Below are positions 9,050 through 18,298 of a DNA stretch of 64,000 nt, piece by piece. A model generated the notes under the pieces. That model was given only the letters and a program-made list of their open reading frames with translations. It had not been told where the DNA came from and made no database searches. Within the stretch, counting starts at the first letter, position 1, and every line of letters begins with the position of its first letter. The DNA comes from Opitutales bacterium (GTDB lineage Bacteria > Verrucomicrobiota > Verrucomicrobiia > Opitutales > PNEW01), in contig CBDANS010000007.1 in the NCBI GenBank assembly GCA_965197745.1, positions 800,001 to 864,000 of the forward strand, read 5' to 3'. The position numbers were made by a program, and so were the translations under genes.

Positions 9050-9918
9050 AAAACAAACCCGGCCGAAAGCAAATCATTGAACCTATCGTGAAGATGCTGA
9101 TTTTTAGTGTACTCCTGAGCTATCTTATAGTTGTTGTTTACCCTTTAATTTGGATGAACTATACCGCTTTGAAAACGGACCAGGAAATATTCCTGGAACC
9201 TTTTGCTCTTCCTGATTTTGAAAATCTGCAATGGGAAAATTTTGAGCGTGCCTGGGTAGGGGCACACTTCTCGAAGTATTTTCTCAATAGTGCGCTCGTA
9301 ACGGCGTGCGCGCTTACTCTCTGCCTCATCCTGGCATCGATGGCAGCCTATGCCCTGAGCCGATTTCGATTTCCGGGGGGCACATTACTGTTTTATCTCT
9401 TTCTCTCCGGTCTCATGATTCCCGTGCAGTTGTCGATCATCCCGCTCTTTTTTCAAATGCGCGACTGGGGATTGCTTAATTCGCGTGTGGGCCTGACCCT
9501 TGTCTATATTGCCGGTGGACTGCCCTTTGCCATCTTTATCCTCGCCGGGTTTTTTAAAACGTTACCCCGATCGCTCCACGAAGCCGCGCAAATTGATGGT
9601 TGTAGTGAATGGCGAATTTTCTGGAGCATTATGTTGCCACTCGCCCGCCCGGGGCTTGTAACCGTGGCTATTTTTACCTTTCTCTCGTTCTGGAATGAGT
9701 ACTTCACTGCTTACATGTTCTTATCGGGTGAAGGCAGTGAAAATATTCGAACGCTGCCCCTTGGTCTGGCGAATATTGCGATTACTTCACAATATCGCAG
9801 CGATTGGGGCGTCTGTTTCGCGGGACTTGTCTTAGTGCTCATCCCCACGCTGATCTTTTATATATTACTCCAACGCCAGATCGTTAAAGGTGTTGCCGCC
9901 GGCGCCCTTAAAGGGTGA
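9046..9918 (+). CDS. Carbohydrate ABC transporter permease (MalG-type)
   Basis: LHEAAQIDGC EAA motif; 4-bp overlap with the upstream gene. Confidence 0.93.
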   Translation: MKNKPGRKQIIEPIVKMLIFSVLLSYLIVVVYPLIWMNYTALKTDQEIFLEPFALPDFENLQWENFERAWVGAHFSKYFLNSALVTACALTLCLILASMAAYALSRFRFPGGTLLFYLFLSGLMIPVQLSIIPLFFQMRDWGLLNSRVGLTLVYIAGGLPFAIFILAGFFKTLPRSLHEAAQIDGCSEWRIFWSIMLPLARPGLVTVAIFTFLSFWNEYFTAYMFLSGEGSENIRTLPLGLANIAITSQYRSDWGVCFAGLVLVLIPTLIFYILLQRQIVKGVAAGALKG

Positions 9919-9999
9919 TTATTTAATAATCAGATGATGAAATATACCCGGGATAATAAAACACGTTCATGTCATTTAAGATAAAAAATGTGGAATAAA

Positions 10000-11262
10000 A
10001 TGAAAATAAAACATGCAACACGAGTAGCTTTAAATATTCCGTTTTACACTGCTCGTGTTACAAGGGCGATGAACCGGGCTCAATCCCACAGTCAACGGTA
10101 TTATGTTTACCAGATTGAGCTTGATAATGGAGTCGTTGGGTACGGCGATTGTATAGAAGTATACGACGTCGATCAATTGAAAGGCCATAACCCATTTACC
10201 CTTATGTATGATGACCGTATCGGTTTTGGTCCCCAAGTGGCAATTATGGATGCAATCGGTAAATCCGTTGGCGCACCGGTATATGCCCTGCTCGGGAGAA
10301 AAGTTCGCAATCGATGCCCGATATCCTGGTGGGACATTGACATGCCGCCGGAAGACTGGGCGGCGGAAGCAAAAGAATCCGTTAAACGGGGCTATACTTC
10401 TTTCAAGATGAAAACCAGGCCCTGGCGCGATATATTTCAACAGGTGGATGCAGTGGGAAAAGTCGTTCCCGCAGATTATAAATTCGATGTGGACTTTAAT
10501 GGATTTCTCTTGAATCAGGCCAAAGCTGAGGTTGTTCTTCAGCAGCTTGAGGAGCACCCCAATGTGGGGATTTTCGAAAGCCCCTTTTATTTACAACTTG
10601 ATATACCCGGAGCAAGGAAGTTATGCGAACGTATTCGAAAACCAATAGTCGAGCATTACAATGACGCCTGCCTTCGCGCCAATGCCTGCGATGGGTTTGT
10701 TATTGGCGCAGGCATAAAAGAGACACTTCGCCACGCGACCTTAGCCGGAACCTTCAACAAACCATTCTGGTTGCAAATGGTTGGAACCGGAATTACAACT
10801 GCCTTCGCCATGCATCTGGGTTCAGTCCTTTCTCATGCCCGTTTACCTTATATTACTTGCCATGAACTTTGGGAGCACGACCTCCTCTCTGAGCGATTTA
10901 AAGTAGTTGATGGATATATTGAAGTACCGAATGCACCGGGGCTTGGAATAGAAGTGGATGAGAAAGCCCTCGCAAAGTATACCGTCAAGCTGAATGATCC
11001 CACCCCTAAGGAACTTTATCGCAGAAAGAAAAGAATACTTCGTATTAACTGGCCCGGGGAAGGAAAGAAAAAACGCGTGTGGGAATTTACCGACGAATTC
11101 GTCTACCAGAGGGAGTATTACCAGGGGAATATACCGGGTTTTGAGCGCGGTGTCTCCCTGAAAGTTATTGAAAATGACGGCAGTTCTGCTTTCAAAAAAC
11201 GGCATAAACAGTTATTAGAAAATGAGCGTCTCATTGATTTGCAATTTCTTGATCACACTTAA
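10000..11262 (+). CDS. Mandelate racemase/muconate lactonizing enzyme family protein
   Basis: D..GK..G.PVYALLG, KMK, DFN, ESP, PGLGIEVDE. Confidence 0.88.
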   Translation: MKIKHATRVALNIPFYTARVTRAMNRAQSHSQRYYVYQIELDNGVVGYGDCIEVYDVDQLKGHNPFTLMYDDRIGFGPQVAIMDAIGKSVGAPVYALLGRKVRNRCPISWWDIDMPPEDWAAEAKESVKRGYTSFKMKTRPWRDIFQQVDAVGKVVPADYKFDVDFNGFLLNQAKAEVVLQQLEEHPNVGIFESPFYLQLDIPGARKLCERIRKPIVEHYNDACLRANACDGFVIGAGIKETLRHATLAGTFNKPFWLQMVGTGITTAFAMHLGSVLSHARLPYITCHELWEHDLLSERFKVVDGYIEVPNAPGLGIEVDEKALAKYTVKLNDPTPKELYRRKKRILRINWPGEGKKKRVWEFTDEFVYQREYYQGNIPGFERGVSLKVIENDGSSAFKKRHKQLLENERLIDLQFLDHT

Positions 11263-11294
11263 TCCAATAACCCTCATAATCCTGAAAGGAAACG

Positions 11295-12017
11295 ATGTCA
11301 GCAGCAGAAAATAACCAAGTCCTTTTGACTAAACACACACGAAGAGAGTTCCGGGAGCGGATGCAGGGAGGGGAACTGAAAGCGTGTATCATCCCCGTTG
11401 CCGCTACCGAGCAACATCTGGAACATTTATCAATGGAGCATGATTGGCGGAGCGTTATGCATATTTCTGTCGAAGTCGCCAAGCGTCTCCATCCGCAAGT
11501 ATTGGTTGCCCCCTCAATGAGTATTGGGATCAGCGAACATCACATGCGGCATATCGGAACCTTGACCGCTTTACCGGGTAGTTGGCTGGGGGTGTTATTC
11601 GATACCATACGCAGCATGCACGATGCCGGTTTTACCAATATCCTCGTGCTTAATGGCCATGGTGGCAATGTCGCGCCTTGCCTTGGTATGTGGGGGCAGT
11701 TCCAACAACGTCTAGAAATTAACTTACACTTTTTCCCTTATTGGGACTTCCTCTCAAAGGACGTCGCCGAAGCGAATCTTAAGACTAAGCGCTACCCGGG
11801 ACATGCCCAGGAATTCGAGACCGCTTTTGCCTTGGCCGTATTTCCCGAAAATGTTCGCCAAGACGCGATGAAGGATCAGGAGGATAAAGAGCCGCTGGAA
11901 GCAACCGCAGAAGCAGGTGTTGCTATGATAGATTCGATAGTGGATAATACTGCAAAATTTGTCGCCGGTATGATTGATGGCACTAACGTGGCCGAGATCC
12001 CCGAGTTTCATCCTTAA
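11295..12017 (+). CDS. Creatininase family amidohydrolase
   Basis: EQH..HL, S.HH, NGHGGN, HA.EFET. Confidence 0.9.
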   Translation: MSAAENNQVLLTKHTRREFRERMQGGELKACIIPVAATEQHLEHLSMEHDWRSVMHISVEVAKRLHPQVLVAPSMSIGISEHHMRHIGTLTALPGSWLGVLFDTIRSMHDAGFTNILVLNGHGGNVAPCLGMWGQFQQRLEINLHFFPYWDFLSKDVAEANLKTKRYPGHAQEFETAFALAVFPENVRQDAMKDQEDKEPLEATAEAGVAMIDSIVDNTAKFVAGMIDGTNVAEIPEFHP

Positions 12018-12037
12018 TTCAGTCAGGAGATATCACA

Positions 12038-13303
12038 ATGAACGCAAATCTAAAAATTACTGATGTTGAACGCATCGTTGTCGCTGTTCCATTTACCCCG
12101 CGTTGTGATAAATGGAATTCCCGTGAAGTCTATCAGTGGCGTGTCAGTGAAATCATTCGTTTAACTACAGACACCCCTGATATTGTCGGTTTCGGTGAAA
12201 CCATTATACATTATACTTGGGGCCGTGTTCCCGATGAGGCCATAGAGCGGGTGAAAGGTGGCAATCCCGCTGATTTTCTTGGTGATGATTCCCTCGGAGC
12301 AGGTTTGCAAATGGCAATGTATGATGTCGTGGGTAAAGCGCTGGGTGTTCCCGCCTACCGGCTTTTCAACTTACCCCGCGTCCGCGAATGGTGCCCGATA
12401 TCATGGTGGAATATCGATTTTCCCCCAGAAGAATTTGCGGCCGAAGCAAAAGAAGCCATTGAAAACGGCTATACTTCATACAAGATTAAGGCTCGCCCCT
12501 GGTGGGATATTTTTGAGCAGGTGAAGGCGATCAGTAAAGTAACGCCAGCGTATTTTGAACTCGATCTCGATTGGAACCAGATGCTGCTGAATGCCGGCAA
12601 CGCCACACCTGTTTTGACTGAACTGGACGAATATGAACGCATTTCCATATATGAGTCTCCCATCATGCAGCGTGATATCGAAGGGCATCATCAACTGCGT
12701 CAGAAAATAAATCACCCGATCGCGCTTCACTTTTATAATCCGCCATTCCCCAGCGTGGTTCGAGATGAGGTGTGCGATGGGTTCGTCATTGGTGGTGGGG
12801 TAGAAAGTGTGCTGCGACAAGGTCAGCTGAGCGCGGCATTTGACAAGCCATTCTGGCTTCAGATGGTGGGGACAGGATTGACAACGACTTTGTCATTGCA
12901 TCTCGGAGCTGTTCTGTCCTTTGCTCAATGGCCGGCCGTGAATTGTCTGAATAATTACGCCGACGACCTTCTTGTTGAACCATTGACGATACAAGGAGGT
13001 TACGCGCTTGTGCCGGATGGTCCGGGATTGGGAATCGAAGTAGATGAAGAAGCGCTTACCCGATATAAGATGGAGCCACCTTTTGTCCTTCAAGTGCCGC
13101 GACAAATCCTATCGGTAATCTGGCGCAATGGTCATGTTCGCCATTATACGGACATGCAGCAATGCAGGAATGACGCCCTTAGTGGCAATGTTCCTGCCCA
13201 GGAGCGCGGGGTGACAATGGACGTAAAACCCGATGATGGTTCAAAAGAATGGGCGGACCTCTACGCGAGGACTGAACTCGGCCCCGTTATTGACCAACTG
13301 TAA
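12038..13303 (+). CDS. Mandelate racemase/muconate lactonizing enzyme family protein (paralog of 10000..11262)
   Basis: KIK, DWN, ESP, PFWLQMVGTG, PGLGIEVDE. Confidence 0.88.
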   Translation: MNANLKITDVERIVVAVPFTPRCDKWNSREVYQWRVSEIIRLTTDTPDIVGFGETIIHYTWGRVPDEAIERVKGGNPADFLGDDSLGAGLQMAMYDVVGKALGVPAYRLFNLPRVREWCPISWWNIDFPPEEFAAEAKEAIENGYTSYKIKARPWWDIFEQVKAISKVTPAYFELDLDWNQMLLNAGNATPVLTELDEYERISIYESPIMQRDIEGHHQLRQKINHPIALHFYNPPFPSVVRDEVCDGFVIGGGVESVLRQGQLSAAFDKPFWLQMVGTGLTTTLSLHLGAVLSFAQWPAVNCLNNYADDLLVEPLTIQGGYALVPDGPGLGIEVDEEALTRYKMEPPFVLQVPRQILSVIWRNGHVRHYTDMQQCRNDALSGNVPAQERGVTMDVKPDDGSKEWADLYARTELGPVIDQL

Positions 13304-13317
13304 TAAGGAGTTAAGCC

Positions 13318-13971
13318 ATGATTGATCTATCAAAGTACCGCATTATTGATTTATCGCACGAATTGTATCCCAGTGAACAGAAGACAGATGGGCATCATCG
13401 ACACGGCAAACCTATCAATGGGCGACCGGTTGAGCTCTCCGAGTTTTTTCATTCAGATGACAATGCACGTATGCATTTTATCCGGAGTCAGACCCACAAT
13501 GGGACCCATGTAGAAGCCAGCTATAAATTTTCGGAGACCGGTGCGGATCTGGCTTCTATGCCGATTGAGACTTACATGGGAGAAGCTGTGGCCTGTAACT
13601 TTATGCAAAAGGCGGGCCAACCCATTACCCCGGACGATTTTCAAAATGCTGGGGTAAAGCAAAATGACATTGTCCTCGCCTGGAGTAGCCCAGACGGGGC
13701 CTATCTGACATTTGAATCTGTTGACTGGCTGGTGGTAACAGGTATTAAAGCATTGGGATTAGAGAACATTTCTCTGGCTCCACCGGGGACCCCATTAGAC
13801 CAGGCTCCGACCCCGGATGCCAAGTTGCTGCTCGCCGGAATTGGGTTTATCGACAATGGAAGAGGATTTGATCAGATTAGCAAAGCTCGGGTTTTCTTTA
13901 TTGGTCTGCCTGTCAGGATGCGACGCGCAACCGCATTCTGGACAAGAGCTATAGTGCTCGAAGAGATATGA
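13318..13971 (+). CDS. Cyclase family (kynurenine formamidase-like) metal-dependent hydrolase
   Basis: IIDLSH, THNGTHVEA (H.GTH.D-like), TRAIV. Confidence 0.8.
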   Translation: MIDLSKYRIIDLSHELYPSEQKTDGHHRHGKPINGRPVELSEFFHSDDNARMHFIRSQTHNGTHVEASYKFSETGADLASMPIETYMGEAVACNFMQKAGQPITPDDFQNAGVKQNDIVLAWSSPDGAYLTFESVDWLVVTGIKALGLENISLAPPGTPLDQAPTPDAKLLLAGIGFIDNGRGFDQISKARVFFIGLPVRMRRATAFWTRAIVLEEI

Positions 13972-13974
13972 ATG

Positions 13975-14105
13975 ATGCGGGATACAGGATGCAGGATACA
14001 GGATGCAAAGAAAGATAACAGTTCCTATATTACCACTTAAACACATTTTCACTTTATCTCATTCATGCATTTCCTTTTGACCTTCGACCTTTGACTTTCG
14101 ACTCT
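13975..14105. repeat. Two heptamer repeat tracts (GATRCAG and YTTYGAC)
   Basis: GATGCGG GATACAG GATGCAG GATACAG GATGC; TTTTGAC CTTCGAC CTTTGAC TTTCGAC. Confidence 0.7.
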
Positions 14106-14113
14106 GCACATCC

Positions 14114-14578
14114 ATGCATCTTTACCTGGTCCAACACGGCGAAGCAAAATCGAAAGACGTAGATCCTGATCGTGGACTTACCGATGAGGGCTTTCTCAAT
14201 GTTGAAAAAGCAGCTGCCACCGTAAAATTGATGGGCCTCAGTATCGACAGTATTTGGCATAGTGGTAAGACTCGAGCGAGGGAGACAGCTGAAATTTTTC
14301 ATTCATCGATAGTTGCACCGTGCGAACTGTTTCAGCGAGACGGGTTATCCCCTAATGATCCTGTAGAAGCAATAACACAGGTGATCGCAGCAGGGGGTAT
14401 TGACGTTATGATCGTAGGTCATTTGCCCTTTCTCAATAAAACTGTCTCATTACTCGTAGCCGGTAATGAAAATGCAGATATTATTACCTTTCAAAACGGC
14501 GGAGTACTCTGTCTGGAATGCGATGAAACTGATCACTGGTCAGTTTCCTGGATGATTGTCCCGGAGATTTTGAAATAG
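14114..14578 (+). CDS. sixA: Phosphohistidine phosphatase SixA
   Basis: LYLVQHGEA, HS.K.RA.ETA, MIVGHLPFL. Confidence 0.88.
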   Translation: MHLYLVQHGEAKSKDVDPDRGLTDEGFLNVEKAAATVKLMGLSIDSIWHSGKTRARETAEIFHSSIVAPCELFQRDGLSPNDPVEAITQVIAAGGIDVMIVGHLPFLNKTVSLLVAGNENADIITFQNGGVLCLECDETDHWSVSWMIVPEILK

Positions 14579-14580
14579 AA

Positions 14581-14633
14581 AAAGTCGAATCTCGAATTTC
14601 CATATCTTCATCTTGACTTTTGACTTTCGACTT
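14581..14633. repeat. Inverted heptamer repeat pair
   Basis: AAAGTCGAATCTCGAA ... CTTGAC TTTTGAC TTTCGAC. Confidence 0.6.
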
Positions 14634-14635
14634 AT

Positions 14636-15457
14636 ATGCAATACGGAATAAGCACCCTGGTTATACAAGATGAAGGACTGGAATCAGGCCTTGAAAGAAT
14701 AAAAAGAACAGGCTTTAACGAAATAGAGTTGTTATTGGACCCTCCGCATTTCGGGCCTGATGACAAATCGACTGAGGCGGTTCATGCGCTTATGAATCGC
14801 ATAGGTCTTTTAATGCGAGTCGGTCATAGCCCGATTACTGATATCGATCTGGCATCTTTCGATAAGGAAAAAAGAAAATTATCAATCAAAAGAATTGCTG
14901 GATCGTTTACTATTTTTAAGGAGCTGGGAGCTGAATCGGTCGTCGTTCATGTCAATGGTCCCGCCTCTGATTACACTCAAGAGAATCTGAGTAGGAGTGT
15001 AGGCAATTCAAAACAATCAATCCTTGAGTTGGCTGATTGCGCTGCTGAGGTGGGTATAAAAATGGCTTTGGAGAATCTGCCACATCGTGGCACTTTGCGG
15101 CCCTTTCATTCGATGGAAGAACTGCAATCATTGATATTGGATATGCCGCGGGAACATGTGGGCTTATGTCTCGACACCACGCATGCCAGGTTCGCCGGAC
15201 ACGATCCACTTCAGCAATTAAATGTGGCGGCGGATAGATTGTTCACATTACATTTGCATGATACTGATGGAGAAGGCGATCGACACTGGGTGCCGGGGAG
15301 GGGTATCATTGACTGGGACACCTTTATTGCAAGATTGTCAGAATTGAATTTTAACGGTTCAAGGACCATTGAAGTGCAATTCTTTCCAGAGACAAACGTA
15401 TGTGAAATTGAGGAGAGTTTTAATATCGCCAGTCAGTGGGAGTCACGCTACAAATGA
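14636..15457 (+). CDS. Sugar phosphate isomerase/epimerase (AP endonuclease 2 TIM barrel)
   Basis: ALEN, LDTTH, HLHD, H..PG.G.IDW, TIE. Confidence 0.88.
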   Translation: MQYGISTLVIQDEGLESGLERIKRTGFNEIELLLDPPHFGPDDKSTEAVHALMNRIGLLMRVGHSPITDIDLASFDKEKRKLSIKRIAGSFTIFKELGAESVVVHVNGPASDYTQENLSRSVGNSKQSILELADCAAEVGIKMALENLPHRGTLRPFHSMEELQSLILDMPREHVGLCLDTTHARFAGHDPLQQLNVAADRLFTLHLHDTDGEGDRHWVPGRGIIDWDTFIARLSELNFNGSRTIEVQFFPETNVCEIEESFNIASQWESRYK

Positions 15458-15467
15458 GATTATATAA

Positions 15468-15890
15468 ATGGAAAATGAAAAAAAATATTTAAAAGTATTC
15501 ATTGCGGGATTAGCGTTTCCCGCAACGATTCTTCCCTTTATTTATTCACTATTATTTTTATCGGGGCATAGCGCAGTAATAAATATACCAGTACAGTTCA
15601 TCCCCCATTATTTACCCATTATTTTTGGTCTGTGGAATATGCTTTATTTTGCGATTGGAGAAAAGTACCCGATAAAAAATAAAAGTATGCGTTTATGGGT
15701 GTGGGGGGCTCTGCTCGGTCTCATCGCCGCATTGATCGGGGTATTTATTATTAGCCTGCCCGAATTACTCTATGGTTTAAAAGGTCCATTACAATACCTG
15801 CCTCTCATTGTCGTTCCCATTTTTTATGGTTTGATCTGGAGATATGTTGTTGGCTCATTAAATGATCTGCTCGGTTTAGAGGAATGGTAA
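15468..15890 (+). CDS. Hypothetical 4-TM membrane protein
   Basis: ATG start directly after the upstream gene; four hydrophobic segments. Confidence 0.75.
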   Translation: MENEKKYLKVFIAGLAFPATILPFIYSLLFLSGHSAVINIPVQFIPHYLPIIFGLWNMLYFAIGEKYPIKNKSMRLWVWGALLGLIAALIGVFIISLPELLYGLKGPLQYLPLIVVPIFYGLIWRYVVGSLNDLLGLEEW

Positions 15891-16015
15891 TAAGTTGGAT
15901 TATTATTCTCTTCGGTTTCTTTGACAGCGTAAGTATCTAAAAAGAGCGAAAGTGAAAACTTACACTTATTATTTGCCAGGGAGATAAATCTGAGACTATA
16001 GCTCAATCTTCCTAA

Positions 16016-16345
16016 CGGCCACGACGACGCGTAGCCCTCCAGAATGAGAACAAATGGGAGGGCCTCGCGTTGTCGTGGCCGTGGTTTAAATATTTAAAAC
16101 AAGAGAATGAATAATTAATTATTACAGAAAGAGGATAGTTTGGAGGGATGCGTATAGCCTGTCGCCCATAGTCCCGCGGATGCGGGACGACGGCTGGTCG
16201 TGTCCGCTTAGGTGCATGAATTTACTGCAGGTAGCTAATTACTGGATAAAAATTATACTCATTGTCCTTTCATTTTGTGCTTCTTGTGCCTCTTGTGGCT
16301 ATCTTAATCGAGGATGAAGACGAAGAGGCAGACGAAGACGAAGAT
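16016..16345. repeat. Composite intergenic repeat: REP-like pair, REP with nested insert, TTGTGCC/GTGGCT repeat (empty allele), GACGAAG array
   Basis: Collinear similarity with 23665..23962 and 26868..27102. Confidence 0.85.
16158..16197 (+). mobile_element. 40-nt CCTGTC...GCTGG micro-insertion in a REP loop
   Basis: GGAGGGATGCGT ATAG[insert]TCGTGTCC versus empty GGAGGGACGCGC GTCG TCGCGTCC. Confidence 0.75.
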
Positions 16346-16355
16346 AAATAGAATA

Positions 16356-17978
16356 TTAAACTTCCAGGGCCATGCCACCACTACCGGTGTCCGCGCCGCC
16401 AGCCAGCTTGCCACTTTTAGGGTCGATAGTTATGGCATGGACCAAACCTAATCCACCGTGACTTTCCGGCATTCTTTTAACGGGATGCTTTTTTCGAATT
16501 TCTTCACAAACAAAATCAGGAATACGGGCCTGGCATTTAATTTCATCACCCTCGCAGTCAAATCGGGGTAGATGAACCGCGTCACTAATGCTCATATTAA
16601 AATCAAGCACATTGAGAATCACTTGAAGGATTGAAGTAATAATGCGGGTCGCGCCGGGTGCGCCGATAATAAGGAGTGGTTTGCCGTCCTTATAAATGAT
16701 GGTTGGCGCCATTCCGGTCGTGCGACTTTTACCCGGAGCCATTGAGTTAGGATGACCGGGTAGAGGATGGTAATTGATCATTGAATTATTATACATAAAC
16801 CCCATGCCCGGAGTAATGACTCCCGATGACATACCAAGCGAGTGGGTGAGTGCCACGCAGTTTCCTATGTTATCGACAACACTGACATGCGTGGTGTCTG
16901 GTGATTCAGACGCGGTGGAAGATACATCAATGGGCAGACCGGCGTCGATGTGCTGACGCCACTCATGGGCGCGCTCTTTTGATACCATCCAATCCAGTGG
17001 CACCTCGACGAATGTAGTATCAGCTAAATGTTTATTGCGATCAGCAAAAGCTGCTTTCATTGCCATCGAAACAAGATAAATATAATCGGCGGAGTTATGA
17101 TCAATTGATCCCAGATCATATTCTTCCAGTATGTTAAGAATAGCCAATAAGGTGGGACCGCCATGTGGGGGTAGAACAGTGCTGAGTGTAAAACCGCGAT
17201 ACGTGCCGGTGAGTGCCTCGTCTTCACGGAGCCGGTAGTCTTTTAAATCCTCGTCAGTAACAAAACTGTCATTGGCTTCCAGGTCCTTAATAATACGTTT
17301 TGCTAACGCGCCATCATAAAAGTCATCCGGACCTTCTCTCGCGAGATGTTGCAAGGTGCGAGCGTAGTCTGGATTGCGCAATAGTTCGCCGGCATCGTAA
17401 GGGCTGCCGTCATTTTTCAGGTAAATCCGACTGGCTTCCTTATTTTCCACTATATAGTCAAGCATTGTGGAAGCTTCCGGGAACTTGGCTTTAACTTTCC
17501 ATGAATTTGCCAGGGTAGAATTAACCATAAATCCTTCTTCGGCAATCCGAGCTGCCGGGCCGATTGCCTGCTCCCAGGAAAGGGTGCCCCATCGTTCCAA
17601 CATGGTTGACAAACCTCTAACCGTTCCCGGCGTGCAAATAGCCTGGTATCCGGATTCGTTAACTTTTCCTTCTAAAAAGTAACCCCACCCATCGGGGTTT
17701 GGCCGGATAACCTTATCTTCCCACATTGCGGGATCAACTTTTGACCCGGCTAAAGCAGGGGCGTCCAGGACTATGGTTTCTATAGTTCCATCTGTAGAAA
17801 CGGGTGTCGAATGCAGGGTTAAAAGAATATAACCTCCTACACCGCAACAGTGAGGATCAATGACCGTTTGAACAAAAGCGCAGGTCACGGCCGCATCAAT
17901 AGCATTACCACCGTTCATTAAAACTTTAGCTCCTTCCTCCACTGCTTGTGGTTGCGGCGCGACAATCATATTGTTCAT
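16356..17978 (-). CDS. ggt: Gamma-glutamyltransferase
   Basis: GGNAIDAAV, TTHVSVVD autocleavage Thr, GAPGA. Confidence 0.92.
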   Translation of the reverse strand: MNNMIVAPQPQAVEEGAKVLMNGGNAIDAAVTCAFVQTVIDPHCCGVGGYILLTLHSTPVSTDGTIETIVLDAPALAGSKVDPAMWEDKVIRPNPDGWGYFLEGKVNESGYQAICTPGTVRGLSTMLERWGTLSWEQAIGPAARIAEEGFMVNSTLANSWKVKAKFPEASTMLDYIVENKEASRIYLKNDGSPYDAGELLRNPDYARTLQHLAREGPDDFYDGALAKRIIKDLEANDSFVTDEDLKDYRLREDEALTGTYRGFTLSTVLPPHGGPTLLAILNILEEYDLGSIDHNSADYIYLVSMAMKAAFADRNKHLADTTFVEVPLDWMVSKERAHEWRQHIDAGLPIDVSSTASESPDTTHVSVVDNIGNCVALTHSLGMSSGVITPGMGFMYNNSMINYHPLPGHPNSMAPGKSRTTGMAPTIIYKDGKPLLIIGAPGATRIITSILQVILNVLDFNMSISDAVHLPRFDCEGDEIKCQARIPDFVCEEIRKKHPVKRMPESHGGLGLVHAITIDPKSGKLAGGADTGSGGMALEV

Positions 17979-18077
17979 TTGGTGTTTCCTTGTTCGATTA
18001 GCGGTCCTTTTTCTAAATATGTTAATATAACATAACGATAGGCATACATTTAAAGGTAAATCGTAAATTTACGTGTA

Positions 18078-18296
18078 AGGCTACGATCTGCCTTCGTCTC
18101 CCCTCGCAGTCGCCGGAGGACTACGGCATGACAGGCAACGCGTGGCTGCTCCAAAAATGAATCTTACGGCCACAACAACGCGTGGCCCTCCAGAAAAAAT
18201 ATACACCCGGAGAGCCATGCGTCCTGGTGGCTGCTATATCTTTCTCTAAATCTTTTTCTTGTGTTTTATGTGCATTTTGTGCCTTTTGTGGCTATC
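18078..18296. repeat. REP-like cluster with a nested 49-nt insert (18087..18135) and an empty TTGTGCCTTTTGTGGCT repeat
   Basis: CGGCCACAACAACGCGTGGCCCTCC; the insert reads CCTGTCATGCCGTAG...GAAGGCAGA on the minus strand. Confidence 0.75.
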
Positions 18297-18298
18297 CT

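Noticed and set aside
16016..16345. CRISPR array suggested by recurring palindromes and GACGAAG repeats
   Set aside because: No regularly spaced identical direct repeats with unique spacers, and no cas genes.
18182..18298. N-terminal extension of the Kelch-SSS ORF
   Set aside because: Translated from REP and TTGTGC repeats; the signal peptide starts at the ATG at 18299.
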